Of a stretch of 64,000 bases of DNA, positions 44,639 to 54,600 are shown piece after piece. The DNA is from an uncultured Verrucomicrobiae bacterium (lineage in GTDB: Bacteria > Verrucomicrobiota > Verrucomicrobiia > Limisphaerales > UBA11358). Below the pieces are notes generated by a model. It was given only the letters and a program-made list of their open reading frames with translations, was not told where the DNA came from and ran no database searches. The DNA lies in NCBI GenBank assembly GCA_963780535.1, contig CAWACS010000027.1, positions 451 to 64,450 of the forward strand, in the 5' to 3' direction. The stretch's first letter is position 1. Each line of letters begins with the position of its first letter. Both the position numbers and the translations under genes were made by a program.

Positions 44639-47600
44639 ATGAGATTTTTGGTGACGCTGTTTTCTTCCGCGTTCTTTTCGGCCCATGCCGCGACGTGGTA
44701 CGTGGACAGTTCGGTGGGGGCGTCGGGCAACGGGACGTCCTGGGCGACAGCGTGGAAGGCCCTGTCGAATATTACCGGTGTCAGTGCCGGCGACACGGTT
44801 TATATTTCCGGCGGCGCCAGCGGCAGTTCGCAAACCTATTCGGTGTCGAGTTGGAAACCGACGGGCGGTGGCGCCGGCAATCCCATCACCTATCAGATTG
44901 GCCAGGATGCGGCCCACAACGGGACGGCCATCTTCAGCGGCAGCGGCACCTGGTTCGGGGGAGCCAATAACGTGATTATCAGCGGCAATGCGGGCGATGG
45001 TGCGATGCATTTCTCGCTGGCATCAGGGTACAGCGCCGGCGTCAACAACAACGGCACCACCGGATTGCGCATCTCGTATGTGAACCTGGGCAACACCCTC
45101 GGCGACGGGGTGGACGGGCAGGGAGTCACCGCGTTCGAGTTCGATCACAACTACTGCTACATCCTCGGGACCCAAGACCACTTTCTTTCATGCGGGTTCG
45201 TTGACCTGGCGTTTGACGGGACCAAGATTCATGACAACACCATCTTCGTGCCCAAACAGGCTTCGAGCGCCAACGGGTGCGATGCCTTCCAGATTTCGGG
45301 TTCGGGCTGGAGTCTCTATAACAACACCATCCAGGGATACAACATGGCGTGGAGTACCAGCGCCGGGGTGGTTCAACACCAGGATGGGATTCAGACGCTG
45401 GTGGCCAGTTACGTCAAGATTTATGGGAACGACTTCGCAGACCTGGCGAACACGTCGGTCTTCATGGACGGCTACTACGGCGCGTTCAACCACATTTATA
45501 TTTACAACAACGTGTGCCAACAAACCACTTCGGCGGACAACAACGGGCCGGGCGGGATTGAAGTGGGCGCGGACGGCGCGCCGGCGGTGGCGCCGTCGTT
45601 CAACGACGTGATCGTCGCGAACAACGTGATGGTGGATCAAAACCCCTATAATGGGACGTGCATTGCGTTCGGCAACTGCCCGAGTTGCAACGGCGGCAAC
45701 ACGACTCCGTACACCGCGTGCTATCTGGTCAACAACATCGACATCAACTCGGGCACGATGACGACTTACAGCAGCCCGATCAGCACGGCGGACAACGTGA
45801 CGTTGACCACGGCCCAGGGCCAGGCGTACTTCACGTCCTACCATACACTGTCAGCGGCCAACGACTATCACTTGACGGCGGCGGCGACCGCGCTGATCGG
45901 CAAGGGAACGAACGAGTCGGCGTATTTCACGACGGACAGGGATGGCAATGCCCGGGCGGCGACCGGGAATTGGGATGTTGGGGCGTACGTTTATGCGGCG
46001 GTTACCAACACAATCCCGGTGATCCAGGTGACCCCGGGAAGCATTGCGTATGGGGCGATATTGAACGGAACGAGCAAGACGAACAGTTTCACAGTACAGA
46101 ACGTTGGGGTGGGGACATTGACTGGTACAGCGAGTGTGGGCGCCCCGTTCAGCATCGTATCAGGCGGGAGTTACAGTTTGGGGGCCAGTGGGAGCCAGAC
46201 GGTGACGGTGGTCTTCAGCCCGACCGCGGCGACTAATTACAATCAAGGCGTGACCTTCACGGGCGGCAACGGAACGAACACGACGGTGACGGGCAGCGCG
46301 ACCAACGCGCCGGTGCCCGCGCCGGTGTTGCAAGTAACGCCGGGCAGCATCGCGTACGGGACGATTTTGAATGGAACGAGCAAGACGAACAGTTTCACGG
46401 TGCAGAATATTGGAACGGGGACACTGACAGGTACGGCAAGTGTGGGAGCGCCGTTCAGCATCGTATCAGGCGGGAGTTACAGTTTGGGGGCCAGTGGGAG
46501 CCAGACGGTGACGGTGGTATTCAGTCCGACCGCGGCGACTAATTACAATCAAGGCGTGACCTTCACGGGCGGCAACGGGACGAACACGACGGTGACGGGC
46601 AGCGCGACCAACGCGCCGGTGCCCGCGCCGGTGTTGCAAGTAACGCCGGGCAGCATCGCGTACGGGACGATTTTGAATGGAACGAGCAAGACGAACAGTT
46701 TCACGGTGCAGAATATTGGAACGGGGACACTGACAGGTACGGCAAGTGTGGGAGCGCCGTTCAGCATCGTATCAGGCGGGAGTTACAGTTTGGGGGCCAG
46801 TGGGAGCCAGACGGTGACGGTGGTCTTCAGCCCGACCGCGGCGACTAATTACAATCAAGGCGTGACCTTCACGGGCGGCAACGGGACGAACACGACGGTG
46901 ACGGGCAGCGCGACCAACGCGCCGGTGCCCGCGCCGGTGTTGCAAGTAACGCCGGGCAGCATCGCGTACGGGACGATTTTGAATGGAACGAGCAAGACGA
47001 ACAGTTTCACGGTGCAGAATATTGGAACGGGGACACTGACAGGTACGGCAAGTGTGGGAGCGCCGTTCAGCATCGTATCAGGCGGGAGTTACAGTTTGGG
47101 GGCCAGTGGGAGCCAGACGGTGACGGTGGTCTTCAGCCCGACCGCGGCGACTAATTACAATCAAGGCGTGACCTTCACGGGCGGCAACGGGACGAACACG
47201 ACGGTGACGGGCAGCGCGACCAACGCGCCGGTGCCCGCGCCGGTGTTGCAAGTAACGCCGGGCAGCATCGCGTACGGGACGATTTTGAATGGAACGAGCA
47301 AGACGAACAGTTTCACGGTGCAGAATATTGGAACGGGGACACTGACAGGTACGGCAAGTGTGGGAGCGCCGTTCAGCATCGTATCAGGCGGGAGTTACAG
47401 TTTGGGGGCCAGTGGGAGCCAGACGGTGACGGTGGTCTTCAGCCCGACCGCGGCGACTAATTACAATCAAGGCGTGACCTTCACGGGCGGCAACGGGACG
47501 AACACGACGGTGACGGGCAGCGCGACCAACGCGCCGGTGCCCGCGCCGGTGTTGCAAGTAACGCCGGGCAGCATCGCGTACGGGACGATTTTGAATGGAA

Positions 47601-49027
47601 CGAGCAAGACGAACAGTTTCACGGTGCAGAATATTGGAACGGGGACACTGACAGGTACGGCAAGTGTGGGAGCGCCGTTCAGCATCGTATCAGGCGGGAG
47701 TTACAGTTTGGGGGCCAGTGGGAGCCAGACGGTGACGGTGGTCTTCAGCCCGACCGCGGCGACTAATTACAATCAAGGCGTGACCTTCACGGGCGGCAAC
47801 GGAACGAACACGACGGTGACGGGCAGCGCGACCAACGCGCCGGTGCCCGCGCCGGTGTTGCAAGTAACGCCGGGCAGCATCGCGTACGGGACGATTTTGA
47901 ATGGAACGAGCAAGACGAACAGTTTCACGGTGCAGAATATTGGAACGGGGACACTGACAGGTACGGCAAGTGTGGGAGCGCCGTTCAGCATCGTATCAGG
48001 CGGGAGTTACAGTTTGGGGGCCAGTGGGAGCCAGACGGTGACGGTGGTCTTCAGCCCGACCGCGGCGACTAATTACAATCAAGGCGTGACCTTCACGGGC
48101 GGCAACGGAACGAACACAACGGTGACGGGCAGTGCGACCAACACACCACCGGTCTTACCTGCCGTGTCGGCGATCAACGTGAACGCGACAGATGTGGATT
48201 TGAGCCTGCCGGGGCTGCAGATATATGCGGGAACGACAGTGCAATTTTCGGCGAACGCGACCAACGCTCAAACGTGGCAATGGAGCTACGCTGTCAATGG
48301 AGGCGCCCCGGTGGTTTGGACGAACAACACGAGTCCGATAACGAATATCAGCTGCTATTTTGACACAAATACAATCGGCAACAGCTACGTCTGGACACTG
48401 GTGGTGAGCAATAGTCAGGGTTGGGCGGAGTCGCAGACAAACCTGGAAGTGGAGGTGCAGCTCCCGGGAACGACCAATACCGGGCTGATTTTCACGCCGG
48501 CATCCGGCAATTTGACTAACATATTTACCGCCACCGCGACCATTAATGGTGTTCCCACCAGCTATATGTATTTACCGCTGCAGGCGATCGGAGACGTCAG
48601 CGGCGGAACGGCGGTTTTCAACTTCACTCTTGCCAATGCCGGGAACTACGAGATCCAGGCGCTGGTAGATGCGCCCAGTACAGATGCCAATTCATTTTAC
48701 GTGAACATTGATGCTTCGCCATACGATTCAACCATGATCTGGGACATCATGCCAACCACTTTGGGCTTTGAGCAACGCATCGTCAGTTGGCGCGGTAATG
48801 GGTCAGAAAACAATGACCAGATTGTGCCCAAAGTATTCGGCCTCAGCGCCGGTCCGCACCAAATCATTTTTATGGGCAGGGAACCCGGGACGGGCCTGGC
48901 AAGCTTTACCCTGTTGCAAGTGATACCGGCACCCCCGTCGTCCCCAGCCTCGGTATCAAGGTCAATTCAGTCAAGCCCGGCTCAACTGCCGGTTACTCCG
49001 GACGGTCTGCGGATTGTCAGTCCCTAG
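44639..49027 (+). CDS. Large secreted protein: parallel beta-helix domain, 7 Ig-like (ASH/choice-of-anchor D-like) repeats and C-terminal beta-sandwich domains
   Basis: Signal peptide ..SAHA|ATWYV, beta-helix (HQDGIQ, IYNN), DRDGNAR..WDVGAY and 102-aa repeats. ORF open from 44540. Confidence 0.8.
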   Translation: MRFLVTLFSSAFFSAHAATWYVDSSVGASGNGTSWATAWKALSNITGVSAGDTVYISGGASGSSQTYSVSSWKPTGGGAGNPITYQIGQDAAHNGTAIFSGSGTWFGGANNVIISGNAGDGAMHFSLASGYSAGVNNNGTTGLRISYVNLGNTLGDGVDGQGVTAFEFDHNYCYILGTQDHFLSCGFVDLAFDGTKIHDNTIFVPKQASSANGCDAFQISGSGWSLYNNTIQGYNMAWSTSAGVVQHQDGIQTLVASYVKIYGNDFADLANTSVFMDGYYGAFNHIYIYNNVCQQTTSADNNGPGGIEVGADGAPAVAPSFNDVIVANNVMVDQNPYNGTCIAFGNCPSCNGGNTTPYTACYLVNNIDINSGTMTTYSSPISTADNVTLTTAQGQAYFTSYHTLSAANDYHLTAAATALIGKGTNESAYFTTDRDGNARAATGNWDVGAYVYAAVTNTIPVIQVTPGSIAYGAILNGTSKTNSFTVQNVGVGTLTGTASVGAPFSIVSGGSYSLGASGSQTVTVVFSPTAATNYNQGVTFTGGNGTNTTVTGSATNAPVPAPVLQVTPGSIAYGTILNGTSKTNSFTVQNIGTGTLTGTASVGAPFSIVSGGSYSLGASGSQTVTVVFSPTAATNYNQGVTFTGGNGTNTTVTGSATNAPVPAPVLQVTPGSIAYGTILNGTSKTNSFTVQNIGTGTLTGTASVGAPFSIVSGGSYSLGASGSQTVTVVFSPTAATNYNQGVTFTGGNGTNTTVTGSATNAPVPAPVLQVTPGSIAYGTILNGTSKTNSFTVQNIGTGTLTGTASVGAPFSIVSGGSYSLGASGSQTVTVVFSPTAATNYNQGVTFTGGNGTNTTVTGSATNAPVPAPVLQVTPGSIAYGTILNGTSKTNSFTVQNIGTGTLTGTASVGAPFSIVSGGSYSLGASGSQTVTVVFSPTAATNYNQGVTFTGGNGTNTTVTGSATNAPVPAPVLQVTPGSIAYGTILNGTSKTNSFTVQNIGTGTLTGTASVGAPFSIVSGGSYSLGASGSQTVTVVFSPTAATNYNQGVTFTGGNGTNTTVTGSATNAPVPAPVLQVTPGSIAYGTILNGTSKTNSFTVQNIGTGTLTGTASVGAPFSIVSGGSYSLGASGSQTVTVVFSPTAATNYNQGVTFTGGNGTNTTVTGSATNTPPVLPAVSAINVNATDVDLSLPGLQIYAGTTVQFSANATNAQTWQWSYAVNGGAPVVWTNNTSPITNISCYFDTNTIGNSYVWTLVVSNSQGWAESQTNLEVEVQLPGTTNTGLIFTPASGNLTNIFTATATINGVPTSYMYLPLQAIGDVSGGTAVFNFTLANAGNYEIQALVDAPSTDANSFYVNIDASPYDSTMIWDIMPTTLGFEQRIVSWRGNGSENNDQIVPKVFGLSAGPHQIIFMGREPGTGLASFTLLQVIPAPPSSPASVSRSIQSSPAQLPVTPDGLRIVSP
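46016..48142 (+). repeat. 306-bp intragenic tandem repeat, 7 copies
   Basis: Unit starts at 46016, 46322, 46628, 46934, 47240, 47546 and 47852; copies 2-7 are nearly identical in DNA. Confidence 0.96.
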
Positions 49028-49212
49028 TCTAAACCCAGGTTCACCTTGATGTGCCGATAAGGCAGGGCGGCTCGTTTACAGCCGCCGGCGGAAATCAGCG
49101 GTTTTTCCCGTAATCCATTTGTTAATGTGTTTGGCGTTTCGGCCAAGCCATCGCCAACAGTTTTTTACCCGGTTTTTTTGCGGGAATTGCAGAGTTTAAT
49201 CACAGGGAGAAG

Positions 49213-50316
49213 ATGGATGCGTCCCGTTCATATGCCGAAGCCAGACCGGCCGAGGAAGGTCAAATCAGGACGACTGCCTGTCCCAGGTGCATTTTGTGTG
49301 GGGGCGATGGGAACTCCATTTATTCGGGGCAGAGAGACCGTCTTTTTGGAGCAGCCGGGTTGTGGAACCTGAAGACCTGTTCCAACCGCGAATGCGGGTT
49401 GATCTGGCTCGATCCCATGCCGGTCAGCGAAGATATTGGAAAAGCCTATGCCAATTATTATACGCATAAAGCTTTCGGTTCGGCCCGGCGCGCGGGTTTC
49501 CTGAAATGGATTCGCGACCTGGCCCGGCGCGGATACTGGGCCAATCAATACAATTATAAAACGGGACCCCAGCCCTTGCTCGCCAGGATGCTGGGGCGGT
49601 TGTTGGCTTTATCCCCCATCCATCGCCGCGAGACGGACGCCTGGGTGCGCTGCCTGCCGGCCGTTTCCGGGGGACGATTGCTGGATGTGGGTTGTGGTTC
49701 CGGAGAGTGGCTGCTGGCCATGCGCCAGCGCGGCTGGACGGTTGAAGGGGTGGATTTTGATGAAGGCGCGGTAAAGGTCGCCAGACTGGAAGGATTGAAG
49801 GTGGAAAGCGGTTCGGTGGAAGAACAAAGTTATCCTGATAATTATTTTGACGCGGTGACGCTGAACCATGTGATCGAACACGTGCCGGATCCCGTGCGCA
49901 CCCTGGCCGAGTGCCGTAGAATTCTGAAGCCGAACGGCAAACTGGTCTTGTTTACGCCCAACAATGCCAGCCTGGGACACCGGCTTTTCAAGGAATGCTG
50001 GCGCGGATTGGAGCCGCCCCGTCATCTGCACATCTTTTCAATGAAATCCATGCGCCAGGCGCTTGTCCGCGCGGGTTTCGAGGAGGTGACGGTGCTTCCG
50101 TTCATCGTCACCTCGGTGATTTATGAGAGCCTTCTGCTGCGGTGGGGGCGGACGAATTTTACCGGGGGAACGCCCCGGAATTGGCCGGCCTGGGGAATTA
50201 CCCGGCTCTTTAAAATGTGGGAGCTCGGTCTGTTGCTGTTGAATCCCTCGCTGGGTGATTGTGTGATTGCCATCGCCGTGAAGGCCAATCGCCCCTTTAA
50301 TTTGGCAAAAGTTTGA
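49213..50316 (+). CDS. Class I SAM-dependent methyltransferase
   Basis: N-terminal Cys cluster, LLDVGCGSG, HVIEHVPDP and PPRHL. Confidence 0.88.
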   Translation: MDASRSYAEARPAEEGQIRTTACPRCILCGGDGNSIYSGQRDRLFGAAGLWNLKTCSNRECGLIWLDPMPVSEDIGKAYANYYTHKAFGSARRAGFLKWIRDLARRGYWANQYNYKTGPQPLLARMLGRLLALSPIHRRETDAWVRCLPAVSGGRLLDVGCGSGEWLLAMRQRGWTVEGVDFDEGAVKVARLEGLKVESGSVEEQSYPDNYFDAVTLNHVIEHVPDPVRTLAECRRILKPNGKLVLFTPNNASLGHRLFKECWRGLEPPRHLHIFSMKSMRQALVRAGFEEVTVLPFIVTSVIYESLLLRWGRTNFTGGTPRNWPAWGITRLFKMWELGLLLLNPSLGDCVIAIAVKANRPFNLAKV

Positions 50317-50368
50317 GGTTCAAATTTTGTCATTCGTAAAAATCAATAATAAAACTGGAGTAAGACGT

Positions 50369-51295
50369 ATGAAATCATGTTGTACCACACTTAGCCTCGG
50401 AATGGGTCTGTTCCTGGCCGGTGAATCCTATGTTCACGCTGACAATGTTTATGTTTCCGATTCCATCGGCGGGACTGTTTTACAGTTCAATTCGAGCGGA
50501 GCTGAATCTGTGTTCGCCTCCGGCCTGGATCAGCCCGCCGGTCTGGCCTTTGCCAATAATGGCGATCTGTACGTGGCCGATTCAGGCAATGGATCGATTC
50601 TGAAATTCGATCTAGGCGGAAATGAATCCGTGTTTGCTTCCGGTTTGAATAATCCGACCGGTCTCGCGTTCGATGGCAGCGGCAACCTTTATGTGGCCAA
50701 TTCCGGCGCCGGGACCATCCTCCAATTCAATTCGAGCGGGAGCGGATCGGTATTTGCCTCGGGCCTATACGATCCTGGCTGTCTCACTATCGACGGCAAT
50801 GGCAACCTGTATGCCTCAACACCGAACGCCATCCAGGAGTTTGGCGCTGGTGGAAGCCAGTCCACCATCTTTTCAGCGTTTAATTGCGTATCCGGCATTG
50901 CTCCCGACGGTAGCGGCAATCTTTACGCCAGCCTACAAAACGTCGGCAGCATTGTGAAACTCAGCGGCGGGCTCGCCACCGGAGTCATCGCGTTCGGTGA
51001 TCCCCTGCATACGTCTCCAACGGGCCTGGCCTTCGGCAGCGGCAATATCCTCTATGCGGCGTTTGGTGGAGTCAGCGGAACGTACAATCCTCTGGGTGGC
51101 ACCATTGAGGCGTACGGGCCGACCGGGAATGGCACCCTTTTCGCCTCCGGTCTCGACAATCCGCAGTATCTTGCCGTGCAAGGGACGCTGAGCATACCAC
51201 CCATTGAGTTCGTGCCGGAGCCATCGACTTGTGCGCTGGCAATCGCCGGCGCGGGTGCTTTGATGGTGAGGCGCTGGCGGCAACGCCGGTCTTGA
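50369..51295 (+). CDS. PEP-CTERM protein with NHL/beta-propeller repeats
   Basis: Signal peptide, repeats FASGLxxPxGLAFDxxGNLYV, and C-terminal VPEPST-hydrophobic-RRWRQRR. Confidence 0.88.
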   Translation: MKSCCTTLSLGMGLFLAGESYVHADNVYVSDSIGGTVLQFNSSGAESVFASGLDQPAGLAFANNGDLYVADSGNGSILKFDLGGNESVFASGLNNPTGLAFDGSGNLYVANSGAGTILQFNSSGSGSVFASGLYDPGCLTIDGNGNLYASTPNAIQEFGAGGSQSTIFSAFNCVSGIAPDGSGNLYASLQNVGSIVKLSGGLATGVIAFGDPLHTSPTGLAFGSGNILYAAFGGVSGTYNPLGGTIEAYGPTGNGTLFASGLDNPQYLAVQGTLSIPPIEFVPEPSTCALAIAGAGALMVRRWRQRRS

Positions 51296-51325
51296 TCCGT
51301 CCTCCCGAGACCAACCGGTTTTATT

Positions 51326-52906
51326 ATGAGCCCAGTCAAATTTCAGCATGACAACACGCTGAATTCTTTATTGCCGGCCGCGGGAAGCCCTGCCAATCCG
51401 GTTCGGTCTGCGACAAACCCGGGCGGCAGGTCGCGGGTTTTGGGTCATTTGTCCGATTTTTTGAATATGAATGTGGTTGCTGCAGATTTTAAAAGTCAAA
51501 CCGTCCGGTTATTGGTGGCCATCGCCAGCTTCGGGGAAAAGAACGTTGGTTTCCTAAAGCGGATTATCCGCACCTATCAGGCCATGCCGATGGCCGTGGA
51601 TGTGGTGGTGTTTTCCGACCAGACCAAAGATCTTGGGCCCGACGTCAAGGTGGTGGTTGGTCTCCCATCGAAAAATCCCTGGTCACTCCCGTTTGCGCAC
51701 AAGGATTACTTTGCCCGCAACATCGACCGTTACGACCTGTTTATTTATTCCGAGGATGACATGGAGGTAACGGAAGGAAACATCAACGCCTTTCTGCGGG
51801 TTACCCCAGAACTGAAGCCGGACGAAATTGCAGGGTTTTTGCGGTACGAAATGGACAAATCGGGCAACCGCTCGCTTCCGGAAGTGCATGGGACCTCTCA
51901 TTGGAAGCCGGATTCCGTGGGACGAAGGGGAGGCCACACCATTGCCGGGTTTTCAAACGAACATGCGGCATTTTATCTCCTGACCCAGAACCAGCTGCGC
52001 CGGGCCATCGCTTCACGCGGTTTTCTTCGTGAGCCGTGCGAAGGGCGTTACGACATGCTCTGCACCGTCGCCACGGACCCGTACACGAACTGCGGTTTGC
52101 GCAAAGTGATTTGCGTTTCCGCGCTGGAGGACTTCCTGATTCACCACCTGCCGAATCGCTATGCCGGGCAATTGGGAATTCCACTCGCTTCCTTCAAGGA
52201 ACAGGTGCAAACGATCATGGCGATAGACGCGGGCACCCATCCCATCAGCAACCTGTGCGAGACCGAGTCCCGATTGCAGCACGGCAAGTGGTCCAAAAGT
52301 TATTATGAGAAACCGTGCAAGGAATTGATGGAAATGCTGCCTCGTGACGGCGGGACCATCCTTTCGGTCGGGTGTGGTTGGGGGACGACGGAAGCGGACT
52401 GGAAACAAAGCGGGGCCAGAGTCACGGTCATGCCGCTTGATTCAGTCGTTGGGGCAGCCGTCGAACGTCGTGGGGTCGAAGTGGTTTATGGCACATGGAA
52501 TGAGTGCCTGAAAATCCTGGGTGACCGGCAATTCGACTGTGTTTATATGAAAGATCTGCTCCATCTGCAGGCCCACCCGGGGCAGTTTGTTCAACAATGC
52601 GCTCGATTAGTCGGGTCCGGCGGAACTTTGGTGCTGGCCGGCCCCAATTTCAACCGGGTGCCGTGGTTGGTGAAGCGCGTGCTGGGAATCGGCGAATTTC
52701 GAAAGCTGCGCAGCTTTGACTTGAGCGGGATCAGTATTTGTGGGCCGAAAACTTTGACCGGGCATCTCACCAAGGCAGGACTGCACACGACCGTCACACA
52801 GTGGCTCAATCACGGAATAGGTCGGGGCCGATCAAGCGGAATCCGGTTTCCGTTGGGGCGGTTTACCGCGAAAGATTGGGTCCTGCGGGCGCGGCGCAAT
52901 TGTTAG
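51326..52906 (+). CDS. Putative glycosyltransferase-like/methyltransferase fusion
   Basis: N-half LFIYSEDD (GT-A-like acidic motif); C-half ILSVGCGWG, FDCV and GGTLVL..PN (methyltransferase fold). Confidence 0.6.
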   Translation: MSPVKFQHDNTLNSLLPAAGSPANPVRSATNPGGRSRVLGHLSDFLNMNVVAADFKSQTVRLLVAIASFGEKNVGFLKRIIRTYQAMPMAVDVVVFSDQTKDLGPDVKVVVGLPSKNPWSLPFAHKDYFARNIDRYDLFIYSEDDMEVTEGNINAFLRVTPELKPDEIAGFLRYEMDKSGNRSLPEVHGTSHWKPDSVGRRGGHTIAGFSNEHAAFYLLTQNQLRRAIASRGFLREPCEGRYDMLCTVATDPYTNCGLRKVICVSALEDFLIHHLPNRYAGQLGIPLASFKEQVQTIMAIDAGTHPISNLCETESRLQHGKWSKSYYEKPCKELMEMLPRDGGTILSVGCGWGTTEADWKQSGARVTVMPLDSVVGAAVERRGVEVVYGTWNECLKILGDRQFDCVYMKDLLHLQAHPGQFVQQCARLVGSGGTLVLAGPNFNRVPWLVKRVLGIGEFRKLRSFDLSGISICGPKTLTGHLTKAGLHTTVTQWLNHGIGRGRSSGIRFPLGRFTAKDWVLRARRNC

Positions 52907-52988
52907 TGTGGCCTCCATGATGATCGCCATGACCGAAACCTGGTGAGAACCCGGCGTTGGCCCTGATTTTGGCTTTGCTCCAAGAAAT

Positions 52989-54263
52989 ATGCATTTTCTA
53001 CTGATATACCCAAGTTTGGACATACTGGGTGGGATCGAAACATTGATCGTGAGAATGTCGCAGTGGCTGGTTGGCAACGGGCATAAGGTCACGGTGCTGA
53101 CCGAAACGAAAGCCAGCTGGACGAACCTGCTTCCCAAGGAGGCCCGACACGTTGCTTTGGAAGATCGTTTCGGGGAACTTCATTATTATTACCATGCAAA
53201 ACGGCTTTGGAAGGAGTTAAACATCCCCAAACCGGACGTGCTCAAGAGCTTTGATGTTGGGTCATCATGGGTTGCCTGCCAACTGGCGGCTGTAATGGGC
53301 AACAATTGCAAAGTCATCGCCGGGGTTTACAATCCGCTTCTTTTCAAATGGTATTACTCGCCAAAAAACTTGTCCTGGTGGGATGCCAACCGACTTTATC
53401 TGCAGAATTATTTGAACCACATCCCCGCAAGCGCACGGTTGTTTTGCGGATTTGACCAGATCGAAGAACTCGAAGAGGTCCATCACAAAAAAGGAGTGTT
53501 GTGGCCGATTCCAATCGATGCGACGCAATTCACGCCCGCCACCCGCCGGCCGCAATGGGGAAAAATAGTTTCAATCGGGCGTCTCGCGCCCATGAAGGAA
53601 TATAATTTCTATATGATTGATGTGGTGAAGGAACTGCGGGGCAGGGGGCTCAATGTCACGTGGTCGGTCTATGGGGCGGGGGACTATGAAGCCGCCATGC
53701 GCGAAAAAATCCGGGCGAATGGATTGGAACATTGCATTTTCATGCGGGGCACGGTGCCGTACGCGCGTTTTCGGGAGGTGCTCGAAGACGGGTACATTTT
53801 TGTCGGCATGGGGACATCGATTCTGGAGGCGGCGTTGTTCCGGGTGCCGAACGTCAATGCGATTGCCTATGATCAGGAAGGATTGACCGGTGGCCCGGTT
53901 TACAATTTTCCGCCCGGGAGCATTGGGCCCGGAAACACCCGGCCCCAATTGAAAGTCTCGGATGAGATCGAGCGCATTTTGCGCCTGAATCCGGTGGATT
54001 ATCTTGCCGAAGAAGAACGGGTTGGCAAATCCGTGGAAGTTCATGAGATGGAAAACTCGATGAAGTATTTCTTGCGGCTGGTGCGCGAGGCCGAACCCGT
54101 TGCGCCGGGAAAACTTTTTTACCTGTTGAATTATCCGTTTTGGTTTCTTCGACGCATCATGACAAAACTGGCTGGTGCGAGAGAGCTGGAGCACCCCCCG
54201 GTCTCGCTTTTAGTCCCGGCTAAATCAGGAATCGCTTCCTCTAATTGTTTGCAGTCAAATTGA
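52989..54263 (+). CDS. Glycosyltransferase (GT-B, family 4-like)
   Basis: LGGIETL, SIGRLAPMK, VYGAG and GMGTSILEA. Confidence 0.8.
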   Translation: MHFLLIYPSLDILGGIETLIVRMSQWLVGNGHKVTVLTETKASWTNLLPKEARHVALEDRFGELHYYYHAKRLWKELNIPKPDVLKSFDVGSSWVACQLAAVMGNNCKVIAGVYNPLLFKWYYSPKNLSWWDANRLYLQNYLNHIPASARLFCGFDQIEELEEVHHKKGVLWPIPIDATQFTPATRRPQWGKIVSIGRLAPMKEYNFYMIDVVKELRGRGLNVTWSVYGAGDYEAAMREKIRANGLEHCIFMRGTVPYARFREVLEDGYIFVGMGTSILEAALFRVPNVNAIAYDQEGLTGGPVYNFPPGSIGPGNTRPQLKVSDEIERILRLNPVDYLAEEERVGKSVEVHEMENSMKYFLRLVREAEPVAPGKLFYLLNYPFWFLRRIMTKLAGARELEHPPVSLLVPAKSGIASSNCLQSN

Positions 54264-54600
54264 AAGGTCAAATTAACCATGGGGGACCCTTCACTGCGTT
54301 TGAAACGGGGTATAAGACAACAGGATATGCCCAGGGTAGTAACCTGAAGAACGCCGCAACATCCGGGTCCGAAATGTATTCGTCTTTAAGGGAGATTTGT
54401 GGTATTATTCAAGTGCGCAAAAGTGGTTGCGGATTGGATGCAATAACGCAGAAGTTGGAAGTGCATGGAACAAACAACGCCAATTTGGCTCTCATTTCAT
54501 GGTGGGGCTTTGCGCATTTTCAGTTTCCGTCTGGAACGATGAGGGAGTGGTTATTTCAGCCACTGTTTTTAAACTATTCTAAAGTTGAGTCACAACCGGT

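Noticed and set aside
46243-47991. Six identical 72-aa minus-strand ORFs
   Set aside because: Antisense shadows of the 306-bp intragenic repeat.
49066-49086. GGCGGCT...AGCCGCC hairpin as an intrinsic terminator
   Set aside because: No adjacent U-tract; too weak to call.
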